Of a DNA stretch of 64,000 bases, positions 1-12,990 are shown piece by piece; the first letter of the stretch is position 1, and the number at the start of each line of letters is the position of its first letter. A program made the position numbers and the translations under genes. The notes below the pieces were generated by a model that was given only the letters and a program-made list of their open reading frames with translations, was not told the origin of the DNA and made no database searches. The stretch is from Squalus acanthias (Eukaryota): NCBI GenBank assembly GCA_030390025.1, contig CM059425.1, forward strand, positions 165,914,001-165,978,000. The letters run 5' to 3'.

Positions 1-735
1 GGCGGCGCTAAACTTTACCACCGCGATCTCCTGCGCACGCAGATCGTGACGTCAGTCAAGTGTGCAGCGCCACGGAGCAGATATTGAGTGGTGCCCCCTG
101 CCTTACCGCCTGCCGCTAGCAACGACAGGTTGAGGGGAGCGTTTTGCAGTCAGGAAGGGGCTGGGGGAGCGCTATTTAAAGGCGACCGCTTCCTGCCTTT
201 TTTTGTTGGCAACATTTTTGAACCACGCATTCTGAGAGAGAGAGAGACTTCTGGAGAGATTCAACACTGTGAAGGAGTTTTGGGTACTGAGCAGCACTTT
301 GCAGGTTCATTTTGATTTGCCCTTCCTTGTATCGATTTAGAAGAGACTGTGGGGGCTGCACTCTGAGCTCTTTCCTTGGGCCTCTCCATTATTATTTCCA
401 GCAGATTTGATGTACAGGTCTCTCCAGACTGAGATTCAAGGCTGCAGTGAGCAGGATGTGGATGGAAAGCAAGATCAACCTTCCCCTTTAAGAACTGGCT
501 GTGTTCTATTGCTGACTGACATCTCTTGAGCTTCGCCAGCGCTCTGAGTTAGCGCCTCGCTCCTCGGCCTTTGCGCCTTAAGACAGATGTGTAGTGCCTG
601 ATTTAGCGCTCCAATCACCTCCAGGGGCGATAAAAGTCAAGTTTGCAGTCGGAGGCGATAATTAGCACCAGGCGCTAATCTTTGCGCCCGGCCGATAATT
701 GCACCCCAAACGGGGCGATACTGAATTTTTCCCCC
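1..735. mobile_element. Right end of a GC-rich non-autonomous DNA transposon/MITE (probably Harbinger-type), cut by the window edge
   Basis: Repeated GGCGATA/GGCGCTAA subterminal motifs. Ends in GAATTTTTCCCCC, resembling the Harbinger-type termini at 19280 and 36935. CR1 ORF2 sequence begins directly afterwards. Confidence 0.45.
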
Positions 736-2197
736 TATAGATTCTGGAACGGTTCCTGCAGATTGGAGGATAGCAAATGTAACCCCGCTATTTAAGAAAG
801 GAGGGAGAGCAAAAACGGGGAACTACAGACCTGTTAGCCTCACATCAGTAGTTGGGAAAATGCTGGAATCTATTATAAAGGATGCAATAACTGGGCAGTT
901 AGAAACTAATTGTAAGATTGGGCAGAGTCAACATGGATTTATGAAAGGGAAATCCTGTTTGGAAAAACCTATTGGAGTTCTTTGAGGATGTAACTAATGG
1001 AGTAGACAATGGGGAACCGGTAGATGTGGTGTATCTGGATTTTCAGAAGGCCTTCGATAAGGTCCCATACAAGAGGTTGGTGAACAAAATTAGGGCACAT
1101 GGAATTGGGGGTAACATGGATTGAGAATTGGTTAACAGACAGAAAACAAAGAGTAGGGATAAACGAGTCTTTTTCAGGATGGCAGGCTGTGACTAGTGGG
1201 GTACCACAAGGATCGGTACTTGGGCCCCAGCTATTCACAATCTATATCAATGATTTGGATGAGGGGACTAAAGGTAACATTTCCAAATTTGCTGATGATA
1301 CAAAGCTAGGTGGCAGTGTCAGTTGTGAAGAGGATGTGAAGAGGCTTCAAGGGGACCTGGATAGGCTCAGTGAGTGGGCGAGAATATGGCAGATGGAATA
1401 TAATGTGGATAAATGTAAAGTTATCCACTTTGGTAGAAAAAACAGAAAGGTGAAAGATTGGGGAATGCAGATGCTCAAAGGGACCTGGGTGTCCTTGTAC
1501 ATGAGTCACTGAAAGTGAATGTGCAGGTGCAGCAAGCCATTACGAAGGCAAATGGTATGCTGGCCTTCATTACAAGAGGATTTGAGTACAGGAGTAAAGA
1601 AGTCTTACTCCAATTATATAGGGCCTTGGTGAGACCACACCTGGAGTACTGTGTACAATTTTGGTCTCCTTACCTAAGGAAGGATATACTTGCCATAGAG
1701 GGAGTGCAGCGAAGGTTCACGAGATTGATTCCTGGGATGGCGGGACTGTCGTATGAGAGAGATTGAGTAAACTAGGCCTGTATTCTCTTGAATTCAGAAG
1801 AATGAGAGGGGATCTCATTGAAGCATACAAAATTATTACAGGGCTTGATAAGGTGGATGCTGGGAGAATGTTTCCCTTGGCTGGGGAGTCTAGAACCAGG
1901 GGCCACAGCCTCAGGATAAAGGGTAGGCCATTCAGGACTGAGATGAAAAGACATTTCTTCATATAGAGGGTGGTGAATCTTTGGAATTCTCTACCCCAGA
2001 GGGCTGTGGAGGCTCAGTCATTGGGTATATTCAAAACAGAAGTCGATAGATTTCTGACTAGTAAAGGCATCGAGGGATATGGTGATGGGGCCGGTGAATG
2101 GAGTTGTGACAGAAGATCAGCCATGATCTCATTGAATGGCGGAGCAGGCTCGAAGGACCGAATGGCCTACTCCTGCTCCTATTTCTTATGTTCTTAT
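736..2197 (+). mobile_element. CR1 LINE, ORF2 RT region to 3' tail, decayed
   Basis: [28 protein letters not shown] and [15 protein letters not shown] motifs spread over several frames. Tail TTCTTATGTTCTTAT. Confidence 0.92.
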
Positions 2198-2249
2198 ATT
2201 ACCATACAATCTTTTATGCCCATCTGAACCATTGGAACAAGCTGATGAG

Positions 2250-2350
2250 GCTTCGATTTAACATCTCATCTGAAGGCTGGCACATCTGAAATGTAGCACT
2301 GCACCAGCATTTCAACCTAGATTATGTGCTGAAGTGCACGATTGAAACCA
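2250..2350 (-). mobile_element. Degenerate DeuSINE (SacSINE1-like) fragment
   Basis: Reverse complement resembles the SINE bodies at 60835-61285 and 63704-64000 (GATGAGATGTTAAA, GCACATAATCTAGG). Confidence 0.5.
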
Positions 2351-3129
2351 AAATTCTGTTACTTCACGTAACAGAAAATCAGGAAAATCCAGGAACACCA
2401 TTGTATGTTATCTTGTAAAATAAGTTGGGCTTCCAGTCGTCTCATGAATTATCTTTTATACAATGATAATTATATTAGTTAGATATTTTATGTACAATGG
2501 GTCAGCTTATAGTTCCTCACAATAACTGCAAGGATCCACAGTTCATGCAATACAGTATTATAAATGAATTATGAATAACAGTTATTTTAAAGCCAACCTT
2601 TGTGCTATTAAAACAAACGACATTTGTGAGCTGTGTTGTGGAATTTTGGATGCAAGTTCAATTTCTCCCAACAAAAAATTGTGTGTGTGTGTTTGTGCAG
2701 TTTACTTCAGTGTGTTACTGTGGGGAAACACCTGGTAGAGATCAGATACCTTCTGCTGAGGAGAGAAGATCGACGGAGAGTTGACCCCAGGGTACTTTGA
2801 AGCACCTCCGAGCCATGAGTTAGGAATGGTATTGATGGAGGTCAGGGGTCACTTCACCTCTCACGCCACAGCTATAGTGGCCTATGGGTTAAAAAAAAAA
2901 GTGAGGGAAATGGATTGTTTATTCTCATAATAAAAAAAAACTTCTTGAAATATAATGTAATTTATCTGTTGTTGAGATTATTCCCCCAGTTATGTTGCTT
3001 GTGCACTCCCTCCCCCGTGTTAAGTAAATCATCTATCATGCGCCAGTCGAGATAATAATCCACATGTATTCTAGAAAGTAAAGAATATTTAAGAAATGTC
3101 AAATTTCTATTAAAATTAATGCTTTTAGG

Positions 3130-3622
3130 GCGCACGGTGCAACTTTTTCACCGAACCGTGGCTTTAATTACTGAAGAGAATAGGTGCTGGTGAGAGCTGC
3201 TCCATTGAAGTGCCGCTGCGCCCCCTCTAGTCCCTGTGAACAAGCACGGCGGGGCTGCCGCTTCAGATCTCGCCGGCTGCAGCTCCAATGGCTCGCTTCA
3301 TTATTGTAACGTGCTTTGCACAAGCGTGAAGCATTTTGCAGCCAAATTAACGTCCCTACAACATTGCTACTTCAGCAACTAATTTACACTAAATTACAGC
3401 CCCACAACAGAGAGCGGGAAGCAGCACAAAGGAGGGTGTGATCTCCCAAGAAATGCTGCCACTCGGTTGAAGGGTCCTGGCTTATTCTGTATACGGTCCA
3501 GGGAGAAATGTTGATTTCGACAGAACCGTAAGCTCACTCTCCGGGTTTCCCGTGTGTAGCCTGAGCCCGCAGTGATGACCAACACTGCGGTTCACAGCCG
3601 TTTTTTGAACCATGCAGTGAAG
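3130..3622 (+). promoter_or_regulatory. RGMB: Candidate distal CpG-rich promoter and upstream exon of RGMB
   Basis: CpG-enriched segment with a CCAAT near 3285 and a donor-like AAG|GTCAGA at 3622/3623. A matching acceptor CCTACAG|G lies at 4619/4620. Inference only. Confidence 0.35.
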
Positions 3623-4299
3623 GTCAGAAAAGAGCAACTAAGGTCTAGCGCTCTCCAGCTGAAACCGAATGAACAGGTTTTTAACCTTTTTTACTCGAGG
3701 TTGGCAACGTTGACTCTTATTCTCGGGATCACTGATTTTTTTTTTGACATGTTGGCTTGTTCTCTCTGAATTGCCACAGCGCTGCCCCACACCTGTTGTG
3801 TTATATGGGGGTTCTGTAGAAGTTGTAACTGTTCGTTAGTCTGTTAGTTATTTAATACATGCATTGTTTTGCTTTAACCTATGTACGATCTATTTCACTA
3901 TGCCGTTCTATTGTTGGAGTGCAAGAAGGTTACATATGATTTCACGGTCTCCTCCTATTATAACTATTCACGGTTGTTCCTTTGTAATTCTCTATTTTTC
4001 TCTCTGCTTTCTTCCCTCACCTTTCTCATTACTTTTTCATGTTACCGTCCTCGTTTTTATCTGTTTTATGTTACTTCCCTTCTCTTTTCTGCTTCCCATC
4101 TATATTACATTTTTCTCTTGCTATTGCCTTCCTCCTCTTGCTCTTTTTTTAAATTCTTGCTCAGGTTTTGTATTCTTCCCCTTGTTCATTTCCTCATCTC
4201 TTGCTCCTGCTGCCAGTGGCAGCTCAAGCTCTGACTCAACTCGCTGTGATGAAGTAATGCACTGGGCGCAGCCTAACCTGTCAGCGGAAACTGTGGAAC

Positions 4300-4445
4300 G
4301 CTGGCCCGGGAGGGGGCGGGGACAGAGGAAGGCTGGTGATTGACAAATGCAATGCACCAATAAGAAGGCAGCACTCCTCGGGTGGGACGGTGATTAGCCA
4401 ATGGGCAGCGAGATGGGCGGGAGTTCCGCGCTGGGCGGTGGAGGT
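4300..4445 (+). promoter_or_regulatory. RGMB: TATA-less proximal promoter of RGMB
   Basis: GC boxes at ~4313-4321, 4415-4420 and 4433-4438, and CCAAT boxes at 4357-4361 and 4398-4402, ~250 nt upstream of the ATG. Confidence 0.6.
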
Positions 4446-4692
4446 TAGGTTGAGTGGTGCGCGTGTGCAGTCTGGCGTGTGTCTGATGTGACTGGCTAGT
4501 TGAGATTGATAGTGTTCGGTCAGAGCTGCTGTTCGTTATTCCACCGTTTGCATCCTAAAAAAAAACCTGATATCCTCGGTTCTGTTTTTTTATCCTTCAT
4601 GCGTTTGTCGCTCCTACAGGACGAGGAGAGGTTCCTGCAGCTGCTACCCCTTCTCGGTGGAGTATTTGAGAAACTCACTGCAACCTGAATGG

Positions 4693-4792
4693 ATGGGCAT
4701 GGGGAAAGCAGGCTTTTACTACCCCGGGGCTGAGCGCCCTTCTATCGCCTTCACTTTCTTGCTGCTTTTCATCTCGACGTGTGCCAACACAG
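4693..4792 (+). CDS. RGMB: Repulsive guidance molecule B (DRAGON), first coding exon, signal peptide
   Basis: MGMGKAGFYYPGAERPSIAFTFLLLFISTCANT-G resembles the fish RGMb N-terminus. Donor AG|GTAAC at 4792/4793, phase 1, in frame with the next exon. Confidence 0.88.
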
Positions 4793-5921
4793 GTAACCCC
4801 ATCCCCTTCTCTCAGCACCAAATTATGACTTGAAATGTTGGGGCTCAGCGCTGTGCAAGGTCCTGGCCTCAGCAGAGCACCGCTGGTACTGCATCTCACC
4901 GTTGTATTTATTTTTTGTGTCTGTTTGTCTGATTGGTGCAAACTTGCAAAGAAATCTTCCCGCACGACCACTTTCGGTCTTGTAAACTTTCCTGAACGGA
5001 ATCCCGTGCTTTCTCCTCCCTCTTAATTTAGAGTTTGCGTTTTGTACAACTAACCCTTTCTGTGGTAACAGCGAGGATGTAAACATTTTGGATGAAGGTC
5101 TAAAACGCTTTAAGATCATTTTAACGGTTCACATAGGCAAGAACTCAATTGGAAGTAGTCTCCCTGTTGGGTATAAACTAACCTTTTTTACACGGAGAAG
5201 TGTGTTTTTCTTTCTTCGATCGTGTTTACTGAAAGTCCACAAACGAGCTCAAGTTACCACCGACATGAAATGACTGGATCAGTTGGTTTTTTTCTCGGCA
5301 CTCCTGTAGTTTTCTGTCTGTCCATTTGTTGCTCCCCAAACATTTCAAAATTTGAAACCTGACTAAATCGCGTTTAACCCTGGTGTCAACGTCTGATTTA
5401 ATTTTAGGAATCTTTTGTCTTTATAACATCAGTTGCTAATCGGCTTTTTCGCAGTGGTTTACATCCATCCCCCCCCCCCCCCCCATGATGTGAACATGAC
5501 ACAATGTTCTGCTTTCTTTCGCACATCTTGTAACATTTTAACTGCGGGTTGGACATTACGATGCAAGTGCCAAACGCCGTAAGTTTAACCACCTCACATT
5601 TGAACCTTTAGAATGTAGCACATTGCCATATAAAGTTATTGTGCACTTGTTTTCAGTGCAACTTTTACATCGAGACGATTTTTCATTAAATGTAGAAAGC
5701 TTGCCTTCAATCATATGTGAGGCTTAAAATAGAACCGCCCATCCCTGGCAACGTTTTACGAAAATTGATTTATAGTTTAGGAATGTTGTGATTTCCTACA
5801 CTTGATGGCAGTTTGGGGGGAGGTGCAAAGGTTTACTTGAATGCATCCTTTATAATAATCCGAGTTCGCTGTGTTGCTGATTCCTGGTTTTATGTTTTGC
5901 CCCATTATTTTTTTTTTGCAG

Positions 5922-6460
5922 GATACTGCCAGCAACAGTATCAGTGCAGGATCCAGAAGTGCACGACCGACTTTGTGGCCCTCACCTCCCATCTGAACGC
6001 CGCTCTGAATGCTTTCGCCTCCGAGTTCTGCATCGCCCTCCGGGCTTATGCCCTCTGCACCGAGCGCACGGCCAAAGCCTGCCGGGGCAACCTGGCCTTC
6101 CACTCGGCCATGCTGGGCATCAGCGACCTGATGAGCCAGAGGAACTGCTCCCGGGAAGGGCCCACGTCGATCGCGGCCCAGGACCTCGTGCCCGTCAATC
6201 ACAACATGGGCTTCTGTGACTATGACAACCGGGCTGGAGCGGCGCGCGGCCAGCGGGCGGCAGCGGGCGCCGAGCCGCAGCCCGGCCGCCGCTATGTGTT
6301 CTGCGGCTTGTTTGGCGATCCACATCTCAGGACTTTCAGGGATCACTTTCAGACTTGCAAAGTGGAAGGAGCCTGGCCCCTGATTGACAACGACTACTTG
6401 TCAGTGCAAGTAACTAACGTCCCTGTTGTGCAGGGATCCAGCGCTACAGCTACTAACAAG
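5922..6460 (+). CDS. RGMB: RGMB second coding exon (N-terminal RGM domain and GDPH autocleavage site)
   Basis: Acceptor TTTTGCAG|GA. Encodes QCRIQKCTTDFVALTSHLN...CRGNLAFHSAMLGISDLMSQRNCS...CGLFGDPHLRTF...SATATNK. Has RGN rather than RGD, as in RGMB. Donor AAG|GTAC, phase 0. Confidence 0.96.
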
Positions 6461-8529
6461 GTACACGACGCTACTCCTCTTTAGCGGGGTTGACTAATAG
6501 TTCATTTGCGTTTTTGTTTTGGGAGGAAGAGTAGGGACTAAAACAAACACAAGTTGAGGGGATTCCCTGCTTTAAAGTGGAAAGTTTACTGACTCAGTGA
6601 TCCAGCTTCCTTAGAAGGGGGTTTGTGCAGAGGAATCCCCACCATTAGTTGTGATTATTTTTCACAACTGTTGTGATTCTTTTCTATTTCTTCTAATATA
6701 TCAGGACTCTTCCACCTTCCACTCCCATCAGACTCAGAATTTAGATAGCTTTTCCTATCTGATTTATATAGTGGCGATAGGGAGACTGTGGTGAAGTTGA
6801 GGACATTATAGGATATGGCTTTGACTCTTAATAGAATCTAGCATTTTTGTAACCAGTGAATTGCATTATAGTTCCCCATGTGCTATTTTATTCTCTATTT
6901 TCTCCTTTCTTGAAGGATAATTAAAAAATAAAATTGTACTGCTCCAATGAAATCGCCAAAACAGTCTAAACCAAAGGGAGTGCAGATTTTCAGGTCATGA
7001 GAAAAATTCTACTTTTCATAGTTTAAATATTTGAATCAAAATATCCAGATTCTCATTGGTGTGCTACAAGGTTGGTTTCATTTGTGAAAATACTTAAAAA
7101 TGTACCTGCACCTGTGGCATATGAATTGTGGATCTTTCAGACTAGGTTATGTGAACCCATTATGATGCTAACAAGATGTAGCTACGCTTATATTAATGCT
7201 CAAGTGTGTTGTGTTCACAGATGCATTTTGATGAACTCCCATATAATTAACCATTTCAGGAGTTTCTTTATACTTAACCTGAAAGTCCCACCAGCTACTC
7301 CATAAATCCTTCCCTTTTAGTGGTAGTTGCATTGTTTATACCTTTTGATCTGAGCAAATGTTACTTGAAAGAGTTTGTACTGCTCAATTTGCAAATGAGT
7401 ACACTGTATAATCACAGGGATAACTTTAATCCCATTTACTGCTGTCATCACATTTTTATGATAAATCTGCTCAAGATCTCCTACTAGTGAGTTATGCATA
7501 CTAGAATTTGTGTCGTTTTGTACATGGCCAAAGCAGTCCAGATTTGTTTCAGAAGAAATACAATGAAGTACTGATGCCTTTAAAAATAATCATGCAGTGG
7601 TATACATTTTAGAATTCTTGACATGTCTGCAGTACATATATTTAAATGAATTTTTGATTGAACACTGCAGCAGTTTGAATATCCTTTGCAATGCTTAAAA
7701 TGCATCTGATTGTCTGCCTTTGACCCCTGAAAATGTTCTTAATGTTCAACAGGCACTTTCAGTGAACTAGAAAAATACATGAGATCATAACTTTATTGGT
7801 AGGCTTAAAGTAGAAATCTGATTATAAAACTGTAAATGGTTAGATTACAGCATTTGTGTTCTGAAGGAGATTAGTGATTTACCATGTCTCACACCTGCAT
7901 AACTGATTTAAATGGAGAAGTTTGATTTGTGTGTATTGGCCTTAAGGGAGCTGCCTTGTCCAGATTGTGTTGATGGCTTTATAAACATTCTACTACTAAC
8001 TAATCACAAAAATAAACTAAACCAACAGCTTGAGGGCAAAAATAGTTTATTAAAATCCTTCCTCGCATTCATGGATTGTTGCTAGTTTGTCTTGTCAAAT
8101 AGGCTATATTGAAGGTTAATCAGCACAGAAAGTCAGTCTGCATGTTCACAGGGCATGCTGCCTGTTTTAGGTTTCCACAGCAGTAAGCAGGGACATATGA
8201 CAGACTCAGAAGTGAGCTTGTGTATTACCTAACTCGGGGAGCACGGCGACTGGTGGGATTGGCCATATGACAGTTTGCACCCTAATATTTCTAATATCAA
8301 ACAAAAAACTTGTGTAGTTAGAGATTTTGTACATTGCATTCATTTAGAAGCACAAATAATCCATGCAGGGGCAGGAAATACAGTACAAGCCTCTACTATA
8401 CATTACTTAATATCAAGTGGTATATGAAGAGCTCTTTATCTCAGTAATGGACGCTAGAGATGTGATTTGTTTAGTTATTTGTCATATCTATCAATATATA
8501 CTGAGTATGCATGGTTTAATTTCTTTCAG

Positions 8530-9195
8530 ATAACCATCATATTCAAAACCTATCATGACTGTACAGATCAGAAGGTTTACCAAGCAATGACAGATGATCT
8601 GCCTGCAGCATTCATAGATGGCACAACAGTGGGAAATGGCTGGATAAAGACTTTGTGGATAGTAGAGAAAGCCAATGGTAAACATGTGGAGGTGCACGCA
8701 AAATACATAGGAATGACTGTGATAGTGCGCCAAGTGGGACGCTATTTAACCTTTGCATTGAGGATGCCTGAGGAATTGGCCCTGTCTGAGCATGACAGCC
8801 AGGGACTGCAGCTTTGTGCCCGTGGCTGCCCAATGAATGAACGTATTGACGAAGGTGGGCATCTCCCTCTTCCAGCCAATAGTCAAAACCATCCGCACCA
8901 CCCCCAGACCCAACCAAAGGGTGCTTACACATTAGAGAGTGCAACGGCTAAATGCCATGAGAAAATCCAAGTAAAGGATGTCTATTTTCATTCTTGTGTT
9001 TTCGACCTCCTGACAACTGGAGATGCAAACTTTACAGCAGCAGCTTACAGCGCTCTCCAAGATCTGGAGACATTGCACCCAAAGAGAGAACGGTGGCATA
9101 TTTTCCCCAGAAGCAGCAGTGTTGCCCAAAACAACAATGTATTATTTAACAGTTATGTTGGACTGTTTCCTTTTGTTGTGATTGTGTTTTTGTAG
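8530..9195 (+). CDS. RGMB: RGMB last coding exon (C-terminal domain and GPI-anchor signal)
   Basis: Acceptor TTTCAG|ATA. Encodes ITIIFK..CTDQKVYQA..DDLPAAFIDG..YFHSCVFDLLTTGDANFTAAAYSAL..ERWHIFP and a hydrophobic tail, then TAG. Spliced CDS is 1305 nt = 434 aa. Confidence 0.96.
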   Translation: MTIIFKTYHDCTDQKVYQAMTDDLPAAFIDGTTVGNGWIKTLWIVEKANGKHVEVHAKYIGMTVIVRQVGRYLTFALRMPEELALSEHDSQGLQLCARGCPMNERIDEGGHLPLPANSQNHPHHPQTQPKGAYTLESATAKCHEKIQVKDVYFHSCVFDLLTTGDANFTAAAYSALQDLETLHPKRERWHIFPRSSSVAQNNNVLFNSYVGLFPFVVIVFL

Positions 9196-9870
9196 GTTTT
9201 TTGTTTATAAAAATATTAAATATATATTGTTATAATATATTCAGAAAAGTATATATGTATATACAGTATATATGATGGGATGGCAATCCTGAGCAAACAT
9301 AAGATTGTACAGATTGTGTAATTTGTTATGTAAGTTCATATGAAGTTGGTTGTAGTGTTATGTACTTTTTGTTGAAAGTTTTTTTGCAAGTTATGTATGA
9401 GTTGTGATATCCCTGCAGTAGGGTCTGTTGTTACAAAGGGCACTTTATGTTTCTATTTACTGACACTTAAAATGGCTACCAGTAAATGTGTTCAGATTTA
9501 TTCTGCTGCCTGTCAAATCAGAAAGTTTGATATCCAGCCTCAGAAGGATTCCCAGATGTGCTTCTTGGGTACAAAATAGATAACTGTTTGTGTAAGCCGT
9601 GATCGTCTAAATATGTAAATAGTTAACTTATTTATAAACAAAATGTCCTGCTAAAAGAACATCGAGCAGATTCTGTGCTATTTCTAATGTGTTCACTCTG
9701 CTGTGATAGTGGTGCCACCTAGTGTTTTTGCACTTGAGTTACTTCAGTGTTCAGGTGACCAGTGATTACAAAACCTCATTTGTGACCATAAAAAAGGATG
9801 TTAAATGCCTTTTATATTACATGATGTGTTGAGAACCCCCCACCTCTCTCCTCTCTCCTCCTCTCCTCCC

Positions 9871-9903
<33 letters not shown>

Positions 9904-11300
9904 AGAAGTTCAGTACTGGGCTGAAATCTAAAAAAGAAATTGCCATAAAACCTTTTTTTACAAACCAGTACATGTGTTTTCTTGTGTATTTCCACGTTGA
10001 CTATCTTTTCAAGCTTTTCCTGCTTAACAGTAATGGAGGTATTCAGTTCTGTTAAATCTGATCTTCTCCTTTTGTCGTTTTAAGGTTTCATTGCTTGAGA
10101 GGTCCGGTAAAGTTAGTCTCAGGCCTTGGCCAATGGCCAATCTGCATTTGACTGCTAAGAGCATGATGAACAGTCTGTGGTAGACTTCCTGTTTCCTCAT
10201 CACTCACTGGCACCTCAGTGATGTGATAACTGCAGATGGATATTTGCGTGAGGAAGTCATGGCTGCAAACTTAGTCCTACCACTCTTCATTGGATGACCA
10301 ATGTGCTTTGCATCTTTATAGCATTCTCTCCTACTTGACTTCCGCAATGCTGGTAAACAGTGCAATAAAGCAGTAGTGAGTTAATATATTGGTTTCTCAG
10401 ATTCTTGAGCCTATTCAGAGCAATTCAGTTGGGAATGAGATCTTGCTAAGTGAAAATCAGCTGCGTGCAAATTGGTCTCATCAAAATTTTATAAACTCTT
10501 GAAATAAATGTTCGTGCATACGTCTATGAATGACTTAATGCAGCTTTTACCGTAGATTGACTTGGAGATGATTAGGATGGTATTAAATGCATCCGATAAG
10601 TGCTTCATTTTCCAGTGATCACACCCCCAATGGCCTGTAATGGTTTACTATCTCTTGGCATCTAAGATACAAAAAGGATCCCCCTCTAAGATATCCTGTG
10701 ATGATGCAGCCTTCTCCTTGTCCTATTTTAGGAAAGTTCTGCAGAATATTTTAAAAGACTGATTTATTCATACAATGTGCGAAGATAATTTTTAAATCAG
10801 GGACAACAAACACTAGAGTAATTTCAGGGCTTGCCATTAAGGCATACTTGTGGGATAAATGTACTAATGGGGCCCATGTGAGTTAGAAATGAGCTATGGT
10901 AATTTTGTTTACTATGTAGCTGCCTAACTGAATTGCTGGAAACTGCACGATGACTGAGCATGTTTATCACATCTATAGAGTGTATTTTCTCTACAGAACA
11001 AAGTATAGAAGTCGTAGATCAGCTGTGAGTCGATGTTGAGCCCTGAAATTTTTTCTGCCTTTTCTCTTTTGTGGTAAAGTTCTGGAGATTCTAGTAAGGT
11101 TAGTTAGACCAATCTCACCATGTCTCTCCACCACCTGCTTTTGTACCCAGCTACCATTCCTATTTCATCAAAGTGGAAAACCTGCAAGTTTGTATATTTA
11201 AAATTGCTATTGAAGTCAAACATGCTGTTGAAACATGCATTAAAATTCTGTTTGAAAATATGTCTAGTGTCTATTTCTTGTATTAAATTGATAAGTACAG
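9196..11300 (+). other. RGMB: RGMB 3'UTR (end uncertain)
   Basis: AT-rich and free of obvious repeats. Pumilio-type TGTAHATA at 9256 and 9614. AATAAA at 10364 and 10503; ATTAAA near 11239 and 11282. Confidence 0.4.
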
Positions 11301-12854
11301 CATGATTAATGTATATTTATAAGGAGGAATTGACTTGGTGATTTGATTTGATTTCTTCACCATGAATGTTCTAAAAACAATGATTTGTTTGGGAAGTGTT
11401 TTCTAATCTACATGTTCACAATCATAAGTAGATACCTTTACTAAAATCACCGTGGCTTGAACCTTTTAAACTGTATAAAGTTAATGTATGTAGCTGTTGG
11501 AATAGTTGGCTTTGAATACCTTCACCACTAGCATCAGAATATCAATCTGACAAACTTGGGATTTTTTTTTGGAGAGGCAAGTTAGAAAAATATTACTATA
11601 GGGTGACGGTAAGTGTCTAGACCTGAAACAGTTGTTTTAGCTTACAAACAGTTTCTGTATTTGTGAACTCAAAGTGTGCCGTCTCAAATTGTGCCATATA
11701 TTTAAAATGTAGTCTTAATCGCCGACATTTTATTTGTGAGAATTTTACGGGTCTGGCTGGAGCTGCTAACTTAGATTTCCCATTACATTTGCTGCTCATT
11801 GACATGCAGTCAGTCTTTGTTTTAGTTGTACAACTACACAAAATGGAATATATTGGTAGAGATACAGGATTTGTGAAATCTGCAGCTTCATTTGTGAATT
11901 GTAGCCAAATCCCCTTTTAATTTTTCCCCTCTTATTTTTGGCATTTTCTCCTTTTTGAAGGAATTGACTTCACACTATTGTATGGTTTCATGCTGGTTGT
12001 CCTCTTACTTTGCCCAAGTGGCAATTCTTGTTTATGTTGGAAAGCTTTTTGGCTGTGGATGATATCACAGCCAAGCATGATCCTGTCCTTACTTGGCTTC
12101 TACACAAGCACACTTGGTCAGGGTCCTTGGATAAGCATTTGCTCAAGGTTCCTGCTCCTAACTCCTCTTCGGGCCTGCTGCCAGTTGCCATACTTCTACT
12201 GCCACTCGGGTTGAGATCAGCTAACTAACTCCATACCATGGATTGAAGCAGAGATCTTTTTGGTTCAGCTACTCATTGGCTTAACTAGCCGAGCCAGCAA
12301 GAAGTTCCATTTGATGAGTTGCAAAAAGAATTGCTATGAATTTTGCTGCCCTTCATTGCTAAAACAATGGAGGCTGAGGAAAAGCTTTCCTAAAATCAGG
12401 AGAATATTTTTAGCCCAGTCCTGGAGTAGTGCAAAGTAGGCAGCAACATAGTTTTGATTAGGTTAGGCCTAAAAATTCATTACAGACAGTGGGATGATTT
12501 TAACTTTTGGCAATATTGGATCGGCTGCCTGTTATACAACCCGCCCAGGTGTAAAGGAAAATCATTTTTGCACCAGTGCCAGAAGAAAAATGACCCCTAG
12601 TGACATAAGAAAGCAGTGCTGTTGAAAAGTATATTTTAAGTTTGAAGGATAGTGTAGTGTATGGATTTTATGGTCAAGTTTTAATGCATTGAGAGGTTGA
12701 ATGCACACCAGTTCATGAAGGTCGCAAACCTTAATACAGGACAAGGGGTGGTTGAGGTGAATTGGAACGGCAGTTGTGGGCTTGAGTAGTTATTTTATTC
12801 ATACTTAAACAGCATTTGAATGGTGGGTAGGCTCAAGAGGCATAGGCCTGGTTC

Positions 12855-12990
12855 ATAGAATCGTACAGCACAGAAGGCAGCCATTTGGCCCATCGTGCCT
12901 GTGCCGGCTCTCTGAAAAAGCTACCAATTAGTCCCACTCCACTGCTCTTTCCCCATAGCCCTGCAAATGTTTCCTTTTTAAGTAGAGATC
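12855..12990 (-). mobile_element. CR1 3' tail fragment
   Basis: Reverse complement matches the CR1 tail at 45880-46030 (GYGERAVEWD-like end). Confidence 0.75.

Noticed and set aside
3864..4343. Hydrophobic 159-aa ORF suggesting a membrane protein
   Set aside because: Artefact of a T/C-rich tract giving F/L/S codons, with a non-ATG start.
5813..5921. ORF-track N-terminal extension of the RGMB middle exon (likewise 8467-8529 for the last exon and 58455-58531 for CHD1)
   Set aside because: These are intronic read-ins. Canonical acceptors and phase matching define the true exon starts.
4693..9195. RGMA or hemojuvelin (RGMC) identity
   Set aside because: CRIQKCTTDF, RGN instead of RGD, and adjacency to CHD1 all indicate RGMB.
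9866..9900. Poly-C/poly-A run as a functional G-quadruplex (also 5468-5484 and 23113-23153)
   Set aside because: Simple homopolymers of uncertain assembled length, with no further support.
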